Shown here one piece after another: positions 43,334 through 56,087 of a stretch of DNA of 64,000 nt. Source of the DNA: Macrostomum lignano. Taxonomy: Eukaryota. The stretch is taken from NCBI GenBank assembly GCA_002269645.1, contig NIVC01000003.1, forward strand, positions 372,001 through 436,000. Direction: 5' to 3'. Within the stretch, counting starts at the first letter, position 1, and the number at the start of each line of letters is the position of its first letter. Below the pieces are notes generated by a model. That model did no database searches. It was not told where the DNA came from and was given only the letters and a program-made list of their open reading frames with translations. Both the position numbers and the translations under genes were made by a program.

Positions 43334-46300
43334 TCACATCTTGCCGCGCGAGAAATTCTCGTGCAGACGGGGCTGCACATCGAACAGCAGAGTGAGCAGC
43401 CGGCGGATCGCCTGCTCCTTGTTCTGGCGCACGCTGCCGCTCAGCTCGCTCAGGCGCTGCCGGGTCTCCTCCTGCACCAGCTTCTCCGAGTCGGTGCGCG
43501 AGCCCAGGGTGCGCGCCTCGTGCGCTTTGAACTCGCGCTCCCGCTCCAGCTTGAAGGCCTCGATCTCGGCGGCAGCCTCCTGCTTGGCCTGCTTCAGGCG
43601 GCGCTGCTTGCCTGCGGGCGACAGATCGAGTCTTCTTTTAGAAGAAGAGCGATGAGTTTGGAACTTATTCAACTTAGTTGCAAATTTGTAGCAATAGCAA
43701 ATGCTAAAAGCTGAAGGCTTCAAAGTTACGGCTGCCATAAACGCATGATTTGCAAATAAAAAAGCAAAACTTGAAATTGAAACAAATTACACAAATAAAT
43801 TTTCATGGGCTGACGCCACTGTCTAACCTTGAGGTTAAATCTGAGCCTGAGGTTGGACTGAAATTCAAGCCAGTCAGAGAAAGCTCCACTCTGATTGCAC
43901 TTCCCACTGTGCCTACTGACAACAGTAGGGTATCAAGCGAATTACTGGCATGAAAGTTCTATTCTACAAGTATATGTAGGTATATGTACGAGTACAAAGT
44001 AAATGTAGGAAGTCGAAGTCGGATTAATTTAAAGAAAAATATGCGATTTATTTTGAGTAAAAGTTACTTAGTGAAATACCGAACTGCGGGTTAGAATATT
44101 GATCGATAGGTTAATAAATTAGTGCTAAGCAGGTTCGTGACACAAAACCCTAGGCTCGCAAGAATACTCGTAGAAATTGGTTTGTTGGATCAGCGATCTG
44201 TGAATAACCAAAGAATTCAAACTGCAACAAAATTTGTTTTATAGGAATCAGAGCAGTCAGCGCAGCTCAGTTAGTCAACAGGTATCACAGCTCAGGCTTT
44301 GCTGCCGCTTGGAACAGCTGTTGAACGAAGCTGACATTGAGACCACAGTGGGCAACTTCTTGTTTGTATAGAACCCAGCTGACACTTGTGTATAACCCAG
44401 CTGACACTTGTATATAAATTGACACCCCAGCTGACACTATTGACACCCAGCTGACACTATTGACACCCAGCTGACACTTTCTTGACACCCCAGCTGACAC
44501 TTTCTTGACACCCCAGCTGACAGTATTGACACCCAGCTGACACTATTGGACACCCAGCTGACACCATTGACACCCAGCTGACACAGGAGATCTCTATACA
44601 CTACGCACTGCATGCAGACTGCTGGACCCCGCAGCAAGCCTCAGTCAGCAGCGCCGGCCGGAGACCCAGTCGCCGCCCTTGAAGCTGCCGTAGCCGCAGT
44701 ACCGATGAGCGCGGCCCGACACCATCTCGGTGAGCACAGTCGAGTCCAACTTGATCCGGTAGCCGAACCACGAGCCGAACGTGGACTCGTCAGTCCAGCT
44801 GACCTCCAGCTTGGCAGGCGCCGAGGCGGCGAGGCTCCACCAGCCAGTGCAGCCGAAGACGCCGCGCTGCCGGGAGCCGGGACTCAGCCTGCGCTCATCG
44901 ACAGCGAGTTTAACTGGGCCGCACTGCTTGCCGCCACAGCTCAGCTGCACCTTCAGGCCGCCGGTTCGGCCCGACGGCGACTTGGAGGACAGGCGCAGGG
45001 TCACGTGATAGTGCACCACCGAGTACGGGGCGCTGGGACCCGTCAGCAGGTAGTAGCGATGGGGCAGCCGGGAGCCGGTAAACCGGGCCTTGTACTTTTT
45101 CGCGTCCAGGCCCATGACCGGGCAGCCGCCGCTGGGACAGTGGGAGCCGCAGTCGCCAGCCATGAACTTGTCGTAGTTGTCGCAGGGGAAAGCCGAGAAC
45201 GCTTTCGAATTCGCGGTCTTCAGGGTGTCAATGTACAGCTGCGGGGCCCGGCTGTGATCGCAGGCGCCCAGCGAGGAGCAGCCGGGCTGGTGGCGGCCGC
45301 CGTTGACAAAAAAATCCACGTGACCCACTGGAGACTGGATGCCGAAGCCGCCCTGCAGTGTCGGATGGGCAACCGATTCGTCGAGTTTTAGGCTGAAGAA
45401 TCTGAGACTGGGAGCTGAAACCGCCCCATCTGAACTACAAGTTTGCAAACTGCGACATCATAAAAATCACAAGACGGCTGCGGCCATCCTGGCGCAACGC
45501 CTTCAGCGACATCGTCTCACAATCAGCGGTGAGGCAATTCTGCCCATTCTGCTGACTCCTGAGCCAATACTGTACTGTGCGCAGGCACGCGCTCACGCAG
45601 GGTGTACAGCGGCCTTGACTTTTTAATCGGCAGACATGTACACTTTCTATGGCTTAGGGGTTGGCCCTCAGGCCTCACGGATGTGAATCGCACGACAAGC
45701 CGCGCAAGCCGCAAATCCCAAATGAATGTGTTTGCGCACGGAATTGAGCCCGAAATCGTGGCGTGAGAGTCGAACCCGTTTACTGCTGAGCTGCTCTGCC
45801 CGGAAAACTGGCACAGACAAACGGAACCAAGGGACAAATCTGGAGTGGCGATCCCGCCAAGCACTCACGTTGAGCAGTGGCAGGCCGACCCGCCACAGCG
45901 CGCCGTCCGTGTGAATGGCGTCGACAAACTTGGCGTCGGTGGGATCCAGGCGCACCACCGGGTCCGTGCCCTCGAAGTACGGCCCAGCCGGGTCCAGGCC
46001 GGTGATGCGGCCCAGCGGGGTGCCCCTCTCCCGCAGGCGGCGGCCAACGTAGCCGGCGATGTGGCCACCCAGGCTGAAGCCGATGACGTGGACATTGTCC
46101 AGGTCAACGCCGAAGCGGCTGTGCAGCCAGCGAAGCATCCGGGCAACAACCGCGCCAACCACCCGAGTGTTGGACGTGGCCTGGTTGTACAGCGTGACGG
46201 ATCCGCCGGCCCAGCCCACCTGAGAGGCAGGAAGAGCGGCGCTGTAGAGCTTCCACTGATTGAATACCATTACATATTTGCCTTGAAATTCATTGTCTTC

Positions 46301-46948
46301 ACCACGCGTTAAACCTCTCGATGGTGTAAACAGACATCTGAATCTTGTAACTAGAGGCATGGATTATGCAACTGACAGCAGCGAATCGCACCTGAATCAA
46401 ATTGCAGTCCACCCGCTTCAGCATAGCCTGCCTGATGCGGTTCATCCAGCCCATGACGCCCTTGCCCAGGAAGCCGTGGATGACCAGCTTGGTCGGCCGC
46501 CTGTTGCTGAAGCGGGAGCGCAGCACGGATTTGGCGTTTTTGTAGTGCAGCTCGGCCGGGCTGGCCGGATTCCGACGGGTGAACAGCAGGAACTTCGTGC
46601 CGATCACTTCTGGCGACTGCGGCACGACAACCACGGGGCGGTGCAGCAGGTTGAAGTACTTTCCCTTGATGCTGAAGCAGCCCAGATCTCCGTAGCAGAC
46701 GCTGGTCTTGACCAGGAACCTTTCGTCTTCATCGATGTCCTCATCGCCGTAGTCCGGAATGTCAGGCTCGACGTACTCGTCCAGGTCGATGCTTAGGGTC
46801 GACAGCGGCGCGAACGTCAACAGCAGCGTCGACAGAAGCAGCAAAGGAAGGCGGCACTTCATCTTGAGCGTTATGCTGGCGTCTCACTGGGTTTCTTCTA
46901 TTCATTAGATCATTATTTATAATGCGAGCTGGCGCAACTTAGCACCAA

Positions 46949-46985
<37 letters not shown>

Positions 46986-49900
46986 TCAAAAACACCGCGG
47001 AGTCCTAGACAGAGAATTTGGAGCGGCGACTCAGCTCTGAGCAACAAACTTAGGCCATAAAAACGCATGAAAGATTGAGCAGAAAATTGTCCAAACCCTT
47101 CGCACAAAACTTCCTAGATTGAATTGACTGACCAAAGCATCTGATTTCGTTTAACAAAAGAAGTGTGGAGCGTGGAAAAGTGAAAAATTTACAAAGTGCA
47201 TTTTCCCCGTACGGCTTCAAACCACCGGTAGCTAAGTGTTCGTTCTACTAAACAGTACGCATGGTTACGAAAATAGTAGTAAATACTAGAAATCTGCAGC
47301 ATTGACCCCTTAGCAACTCCCCCATGAGCCTTGACATCTCAGCAACTCCCCCATGAGCCTTGACATCTCAGCAACTCCCCCCATGAGCCTTGACATCTCA
47401 GCAACTCCCCCATGAGCCTTGACATCTCAGCAACTCCCCCATGAGCCTTGACAACTCAGCAACTCCCCCCATGAGCCTTGACATCTCAGCAACTCCCCCA
47501 TGAGCCTTGACATCTCAGCAACTCCCCCATGAGCCTTGACATCTCAGCAACTCCCCCATGAGCCTTGACATCTCAGCAACTCCCCCCATGAGTCTTGACA
47601 TCTCAGCGATTCCCTCATGAGCCTTGACATCTCAGCAACTCCCCCCATGAGCCTTGACATCTCAGCAACTCCCCTATGAGCCTTGACATCTCAGCAACTC
47701 CCCCATGAGTCTTGACATCTCAGCGATTCCCTCATGAGCCTTGACATCTCAGCAACTCCCCCCATGAGCCTTGACATCTCAGCAACTCCCCCATGAGCCT
47801 TGACATCTCAGCAACTCCCCCATGAGCCTTGACATCTCAGCAACTCCCCCCCATGAGTCTTGACATCTCAGCGATTCCCTCATGAGCCTTGACATCTCAG
47901 TAATTCTTCCCGTGAGCCTTGAAATCTTGCAGCAAATTCCCACATAAACCATTGACATCTCAGAATGACAACTCATTTTTAGTATATGAACAGCAGTATA
48001 CAAACTCTATAGTGGGTGGACTTTGTGGAAGTGTGCAGGGCGGCATGTTTTGTCAGGGGGAGGCAAAAGTTGCAAAACCAAGATACTGACCTCCTCGACC
48101 TCACCTGAACGGATTTCCATAGCAGTCAATAAGCGATAATCTAAATGTAGGGGGGGGGGGGGGGCAGCTGCCCCCTGTTCCTCGGTGCCTGTTGCAGTCC
48201 AGATCTCTAGCTTTAGGCGTCCCTGCCAATAAAATGCAGCTACGCGCGCACGTTTTGTTGTTGCGCCAAAACAGCCCCCATTGAACTCGATGCGCTTCGG
48301 TGAACACCTGCTCTGGTGAACAGCTTCTTCAAGCATGTTGCTTTAGCTTATTATCATATTAGCAGCCTCAGACCCCGGGCCTGTCTGCCTATTGTCCTGG
48401 CGAGACGGTTTTTATGACCCAAAAGCTGCTTCAAACTTGGAGAGGGGGTCGCACGAGCGCATTGACGTTGCTGTTTACCACTATGGCCGCCCCGTCTTCA
48501 GGACTATTTTTGCCGTGCAGTGTTTTTGTTTAAATGTCGCCTTTGATAGGGTAAATAGATTAAAAAGCTCGTAGATTCAAAACATTAAAAATGTATGCCG
48601 AAAAAACATCTCATAACGTGCAACATAATACTTGTAGTAGGATACTACCAATTATGCAATTAAGCAAGTTAAAAAGCAAATTTGCAGCATTTTGCCAATA
48701 TCCATGATTTTGATGCACATAATGTTCAATTAACAAGGCATTTAGTAGCACTGCAAAAGTAACAAAGATTTTTTATTTTATATTTGATTTGATAAACTTG
48801 AGTGAGAAAAGGCTGTTGTCAATTTTTTTAAGTTTTAGACACTATGAAATATGTTAAATCTTTTTTTCAAAGGAAAAATACTATATTATTATTTTCTATT
48901 TATAGGCTAGCCACCCAAATTCTAATTGATGACTTGCTATATGTACCTCCCTGTGCCTCCAAACTTACAAAATTTCCCATTTTAGGTTTTACTACTTTGT
49001 GCTCTACTTAATGATAGGCATTATTTGTTTTTTATCATTATCTAAATAATCTAATGCAACAAATACATTGTTATGGTGATAGTCTTCGAAAATTAATTAA
49101 TAGTGTTATAAATTATAGCTTTCTTTACATATAGGTAAAACAGGTCTACTACTAATTTTGCATACAAGGTCCCAGACAGTCTAATATGGTATATGGCATT
49201 CATCAAATATTTTAAGGTTTTTTGGCATGCTCTAAGTAGTAGAATTATGTGTAACTTTTTTGTTGGCATGCCACAACTATCAGAGCAATGCAGAGTGCCA
49301 AAAAGGTCTTTTATTGTTGCAATTCCAAAAATGTTTTTTTATTGTTGCAACCATGAAATTTGCCCTATTGGTCTATTATCACACACTAAGTGGATTTGAT
49401 CCAACCCTCTGGCATAAACTGTGTAGGGCAATAAAAATTCTCACATGCATATTATATACTCTGGACTATGGGCCTTAATTACTTTTATCACAGATAGAAC
49501 ATCAAGGCCTATTTAACTAGTCTTTAATAAATAAAATAGGAGCAAATTTAATTTGTAAATGCTTGCATTAAATTATAAATAGTCAGTTTAACTGGCACAT
49601 GTCTAAGGTGGCCATATACTAAAGTGGCTACAATATAGGCATTGCTTTAAATCAGCTTATGCAAAGAGAAATAACTTTGTTTTAACTTCTTTAAAATACA
49701 ATTGGCTAATCTAGCTTCTAGCTAGAGGAGTCAAAAGACCATTTTTAATGTCTAACTTTGACTATAGGCCTAATGAATAATTATAGGCCTAATTGTAAAT
49801 AATATAGTATTGGTTACTCAAAAGCTAGGCCTATCCAAAACTAGATAGTTTGGCAAATAAGATATGGACTCAGAGATTGAGATAAGAGGAATTGATAAGA

Positions 49901-50649
49901 GAGAGAGAGAGAGCTTCTGTTTCTATACCTTATCCTCCTCTCAGCCTTCCCTCTCACTTCCCTCCCCTTCCCTCTTCCCTCAACATTGGTCTGTGCCCAC
50001 CTTGGTCTGTCACTGTTTAACTAGGCATGTAGCTAGAAATTTTCTTTGAGGCCACTAGAAATAATCTTTAGGATGAGAGAAGAAATATACTTAAAAAGCA
50101 GCCATAAAAATTAGATGTTTTTTTTTGGGGGGGGGGGGTAAATTCCCATTCCCCCTTCCTACACCTCTGAGTTTAAACTTTTGGAACTTTTTATACTAAT
50201 TGAGATAGGCAACTTATTTCATAGAATAAAATGATATATGCATTAACTTTATAACTTTTTCTAAAAATGAAAAACTTGAAACATAACAAAATAAAAACTA
50301 ATAAATTATCTAAATGGTAGGCCTAGGCCCAAGCGGCCTAGGTTTAAAACAAATGACTTACTTATCAATTTTTATATAATTTATAAATATAATTTTGTGT
50401 TAAGCTATAATGTACACATCAATACTACACTGGTATTGCTGGAACCCGTCAGCAAAAGTTATGCATTAGAAATAAATCTCTTCAGTCAAAGGATTTTCAT
50501 GTATGCAATCCCAACCCAACGTCCTATTGTTTAGTATTTACTTGTAAGTTGTAAGTTTCAGATTTACCTTTTCGAGCTTCCTCGATTTTTTCACGTGCTT
50601 TCTTCTCTGCTTGGAGAAGCTGTTGGATTCCACCAGTTTGAGTGTTCAT
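43334..50649 (-). CDS. ATP6V1G: V-type proton ATPase subunit G, 119 aa; exons 50649-50568 and 43611-43334, separated by an intron of about 6.96 kb
   Basis: Exon 1 is MNTQTGGIQQLLQAEKKAREKIEEARK-G|gtaaat (82 nt, phase 1). Exon 2 is cag|GC-KQRRLKQAKQEAAAEIE...LFDVQPRLHENF. The join is in frame and gives the canonical subunit G sequence. Exon 1 is too short to appear in the ORF track. Confidence 0.93.
44375..44585. repeat. 19-21-bp minisatellite (TTGACACCCAGCTGACACT)
   Basis: About 10 copies immediately 3' of the lipase stop codon. Confidence 0.92.
44645..46862 (-). CDS. Secreted pancreatic-lipase-family enzyme with a C-terminal PLAT-like domain, about 509 aa; exons 46862-46392, 46219-45869, 45352-44645; nested in the V-ATPase G intron
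   Basis: Signal peptide, CYGDLGCFS, TKLVIHGF, HVIGFSLGGHIAG (Ser), ITGLDPAGPYF (Asp), DAKFVDAIHTD, GHVDFFVNGGRHQPGC and CDHSRA (His). Both introns are GT-AG in phase 0. Confidence 0.96.
47305..47930. repeat. 28-30-bp minisatellite (AGCAACTCCCCCATGAGCCTTGACATCTC) with a variable C-run, about 21 copies
   Basis: Directly visible, in the V-ATPase G intron upstream of the lipase. Confidence 0.95.
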
Positions 50650-53600
50650 TTTGTATTGTTTAATTTCACGAATGCTGTTGTTGTTATTTAATACTTAAAT
50701 ATTTATTTAGGCAGTAGGAAGAAGAATAAAAAATAGTAATTTATCTGTCTGCTATTATTGGGTAAATCTCAAATTGAAATATACGTAAGTTATAAACAAA
50801 TTTTTTCTTTCAGCATGAATTTAATTGTTAAACCAGAAGTATTTGTACATAAATTTAACTTTTATTTATAAAAAACTGATTGAAAAATGTGTCTTTAAAC
50901 TTTTAGCCAGAGCTTATGCTTTTATCGTGGCGATAGCGACCGAAAACGTATTTTTCTGACTTGTACTTTAAGTACGTTTTTTTGTTTCATAACGCTCTTT
51001 TGTGTACGTGTACTATTTTTGTCTATGGGACAATGACTGAAAATATAGGGGAAAACCTTTATCTGTGAGCTTGTGGATATTTTACGGCTGTGTTTTCAAT
51101 ATTTATGAACTTATTTAGCCCTGTCTTAATTGCATGACACTTGTCTACTGTTGAAAAATTCCTGTAAGGTGTAGGTTTTCTGATAAACAACGCCAAACAT
51201 TTTGATCTTTAGTGATTCATTCTTTCAGAGACATTTTAAATATTGTTATTTTGTTTTATCTGCGACTGTCAATGCATTGTTACTTACTTATGCCTATTGA
51301 TGTTACATTTTGACTTTTTTCATGAGCACAAAATTTCCTGTAAGGTGTAAGTTTACTCAGCTCATAAGCATGTAAATGTTCCCAAAACTTGTTATTATGT
51401 AGAAAAATACTAAACAAAGAGTAGTTTTTTATTGCATGTTCTTGTGATTTTACTAAAGAAGTATAGACCTTATTAAGTTCATTATATGGGTTTTTACCAT
51501 TTATAGCCAACTAACATACTTAAGTAAGCAGTTTGTTTATTTTTGTATGAAAATCTTTGATGAATTCGCTTGTAATGATATTCAATTTTGATCTTATGTG
51601 TATATTTTGAGCTCTAATGTTTGGTAATCCATATAAATATTCTAATTTGTTTTTGCCAATGTATTTAATATATTCCTCTAATGTTATCATATTTGAATGC
51701 CTATTTGGGCTAGCAAAAGACAATAGGTATGGCAGGAACAGGAACCCTTAGAAACAGTTTGCATGGTTAGGAGAAAGCAAAAAGAATCCTGGTATTGCAT
51801 ACTTTTATTGTATTTAATGACACCTTAGAAAGCCTTTTTACTCATAATTAGGAAGCACAATCTATCTACTTCTATTTGTATTTATATCTCAATATCTGTG
51901 TGTAGCAGTATATGTTTACCTTGCAATTTGAATGCCATATCTATTATTTCTATTTAGTCATTTTCAATTGTACTCTGCTATCTTGGTATTCATTTACAAA
52001 AATACAAAGTGAGAGTCTATCTGTCTATTTGTAAATTTTGGCAATTTTCAATGTAGACATTCCTAAAATTACTACAGTTATTTTCTTTAAATTGATACCA
52101 GATAACATTAAGATGATAATACCTCATTCTTATATGGTTTCTATTTTCTACAATACACAAATTTACTTCAAAATTCATTTCTTGTCTGGAATAAAAGTGG
52201 ATATTGCATGATAATAGAATATATTTATATGTATCTCTATAGTACAGTGCAAGAAGGGAGTGTTGGCCATGATGGCATAGCAGTCATGAGGGTAGAAAGA
52301 ATTGCTGGGCTGGGCCAATGCCAAATGCCACACATGCACATTGTTTCACATGTGCACTGTGTAGTTACAGTGTTGGGCATAAAAACTAACACATCTATGT
52401 AAGAGTTTGAAATCCTATATACTGTATTTGTACTGTCAGTTGCATCTTATCCTGGCCTGTACATCTGTTGCTTTCTCTTAGCATACTGTATTACCTTTCT
52501 CTCAGCATATATATATGTTTTAGTTTCCAGTTTAACATTTGCCATTTGCCATTTACATTTTTCTTAGTTTTCAGTGCCATATCTGCTTTATATAGTATTT
52601 TTCAGTCTGTAAGTTTTCTGTTTTTTTTTCTTTTTGCCAGTATCTTTTTGGCTTTTATTTACTGTTGTACATTTTCCCAGTGCGAGTAACTGTACGCTTT
52701 TAATTTCATTGCATTTTTATGGTCTGCACTTCTTTATATAAGTCCAGTGCAGTTCAAGTATCTGTTTCAGTCTGTTTTTTCTTGCACATTTTAAAGTAGA
52801 AATGGGAAATATACATGCAATTTTTTGTTTTGCTTTAATTTACAAACAAACATCTACATTCTACAGACGATATATTTGATCAGTGATGGAAACCTTAGTC
52901 AAAACTTCAAAAGTAAAATGTATAAGTATATTTTTTAACTTCTAGCTTTTTAGCAGTATGAGAGAACAGCAGCTTCGAGTTCTTTGTCAAGAAATTAAGG
53001 GAAAGTATTGGTGTTATTTTTGTGGTATGGCTTGCAATTTGATAGTTGCAAAACTTGATTCAGTTGAATTAAAGAGACAAACGTGTAATTTAAAGAAAAT
53101 TCAATACATTTGCTTAATTAAAATATGTTCAAGTTGAATACTAGATCCATGATCCATCGGTGTCAGTCTGAATATTACAGAATTTGTAGGTTTCGCCATA
53201 TTAAATTTTAGTAAAGATAAATAACCCAATTGGCATCGTTTCATTGCCATCAATAATAAACTCCGTTCGTTATCAGTCCGTCAACGGGATATGTTGTCGA
53301 TATATATATAAAAAATGGTTTAGGTACCGTATATTCCGTTTATATTAAATCAGGCAGATTCTTAGCACGTTAAATTAAGTAACTATAAACAGCCTCAATT
53401 TATAACAAAATGTTTCTTAAAAACAAAGAATATTTTGTGTATACTACAAACCAAAAGAAATTTAACTCTAAAAAACAAAAACTACAATTTTGTATGTTAA
53501 ATAAACAAAAAGTTTATCTTCGGTATTAATCGTTGTCAGAATACCCTTCGAAAAAACAAACAGCATTCTTTCTTGAAATTCAGGCCTACTTGTGGTTTTA

Positions 53601-56087
53601 AGTAGAAAAATTATTATATTATTGTTTAATCTTCAGAGGTAAAGCATTATTTTGCATGCCACAGAACTTTTATTTTTTGTCAATTTTTTTACTTCTGTGT
53701 TTGAGATTTACCCTATTATATAATCATAAACATTTAAGTCAAAATTATAAAGCGAAGCAAATCTAAACGTTTAAACAAAAGTTCACCACTTTAATTGTAA
53801 TTAATTAGCTTGACCTACTTTAACTGAATAAAACTTTCTAAGGCTTTTAAAAAAGAATGCAGTAAGCTTAGTGGCGTGTATTCTTTTAAGTAATTTTTCG
53901 TTAATAAATTACCGGGCTTATTAAATTAAACTTGTCTCTTGCAAAAACTGCTTCGAACGTGTTTCTCTGGGCTCGACCCTGCCGGGGTTAAGTGATACCT
54001 ACATTTACATGTACCATTTATGTACATACGCTAGAGACTGCATGAATTACGAGTAGCAGCCGAGCCAGGATAAAATTAATTTAATTTAATTAGCCCTTGA
54101 ATAACACTTGCAAGATTCGCGTCGTTCTACCTAAGTAGTCCGTGACTTTCATTTGAGACTGCAATCCATGCAATGCAGCCATAAATTTCAGTTTTCTTGA
54201 CGCGCAGTTCCTATAAGTTCCTGTTACAGGTTTGTACTGAAACACTGCACTCGGAGAAGTGAAAGACTGTTGACTAAGCCAAGAGTACATTACAAAGAAT
54301 GAACTGTAAACTTTTGAAGTGGGGAGGTGCTGCGGGCTGGCTTTTGCCCGAGCAGTTCCTAGAGTACGAGAACAGATAAATGAAGCACATGCACGTCGCA
54401 CATACATGTACAGTGTAGAAGGGGATAGCCAGCTTCCACCAGCATCAATTAATCCGATCGCAATTCGGCGTAACACATGCATGCAAACTAAATGGCCGGG
54501 CGGCCAAAAATTACGTGATACATTCCATAGATTTTAAGTGCATGCCTAAATTTCAACAAGTTTAAAGTTAACTGTATTAAGGAACAACGGAAAAACTTTC
54601 ATGTGACTAACTACACAATTCTGTGCATTAATTTAACAAGTATAGTGCTTGATCAGCTTACTTACATCATGTACTTGCATGGCCTGTGGTGGCCCATGGA
54701 AGTTATACTGTAATATCAATGAGGATCCCTAGCACCACTTTTGTGTATGACCTTGAAATAAAGTTTCTCAGGGATTATTGTTTTTAGACCTAAAATCAAT
54801 AAATTAGCTGCCCGGAGTCCCCATGCCCCACAAAGTGAATATGGCATGTCGCTGCCCTTCCTTAGAGTGCACATCCATGCAGGGACCACTCAATACACTA
54901 CTGAATACTGTATTGAGTATCCCTGCATCCATGATAAGCGTTGGGAGCAGAAACTGGTCACTTTCCCTCAATATTTCAGCTTGGATCCCTGCCAAAAATC
55001 ATTTTCGGCACGAGAAACAATCCTATGAAAATTTTGGATACTTACAGTATAGTGCTATTAATTGTTTTTTTTTCTGAAAGCATTGAACAAATGTCAGTCA
55101 ATAAAAGCAATAAGATCACAGTCAAGATAGGCACGCGGTCTGTTAAGAGTCTCGATCGGGATTGCGCTATTCGTGGCAGACATGGATTCAAAATTTATTT
55201 GTGATTGAATCACTGCTTTACTGCATAGCTACTGTCGGTAGAACATGAGACTCTTCAATTGCAGAAGAAGCCACAATTGAAATTGTGCCCAGCTTTCTGC
55301 TCAGTCTAATTTCAAGTTTAATAGCTTTATGATGGCTTAGCTGAATAGACATAAAGCTGATCACTGATCACTCGGATGCGCACTTATTCTATTCCGATAA
55401 TAGACTTGCTTTCACTAAGCAATCAAAAAGCTTGTCTTCAGGATTAACTCACGCAATTAAGCATTAATATTAGTGTTGCGTCCCGTAAAAGTACGGCACT
55501 GCGGCAGCTCGGCAGCGTACGAAGCCACCAATTGTACATATAAAGAAAAAGACGGCGGATTCATGCACAATCAAAATTGTTAATAATAGTTGCATGACTA
55601 ATGCAAGTAACATTAATTAACGCCTTTGCTCCATACAGATGAGGGCACTAAACAAAGCCGAATCCGCTAGCCGATCGTCAAGTTCGTCAAGTTGCAGTAA
55701 CCATGGCAACAATAAATCTAAGGGATGCAGCTCAGCCGGAAAGCTAAACCGGGCATGTAAAGTGTAATGTGCTTTTTGGATTAAATTATTTAGCGAGTCA
55801 AATAGAGTCCAAGAGCGGGGCAGAAGCAATAGAGAGGATTATATTTAACTTAAGCCTGTCAAATCTATGGGAGTGAAATAGAAAGCCGGATTTAAGAACG
55901 CAAGGAGCTACAGATAGGTAAGACAAAAACAAAGACAACAAACAAGAGAGGATACAACTATTTCTATCAGCATAGGAGCGCGAATCATTGAAGAGGGCAT
56001 TTAGTGCGGGAGGCGGAAATCGGTGCCGTTAATCGCGAATCGGGCCAATCAGGGGATTCGGTGGCTTGGGCTCGCAAAATGCAGGGG

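Noticed and set aside
51280-51723. Two short AT-rich minus-strand ORFs (76 and 67 aa)
   Set aside because: No recognisable domain or splice pattern. They may be a decayed element but this is unsupported.
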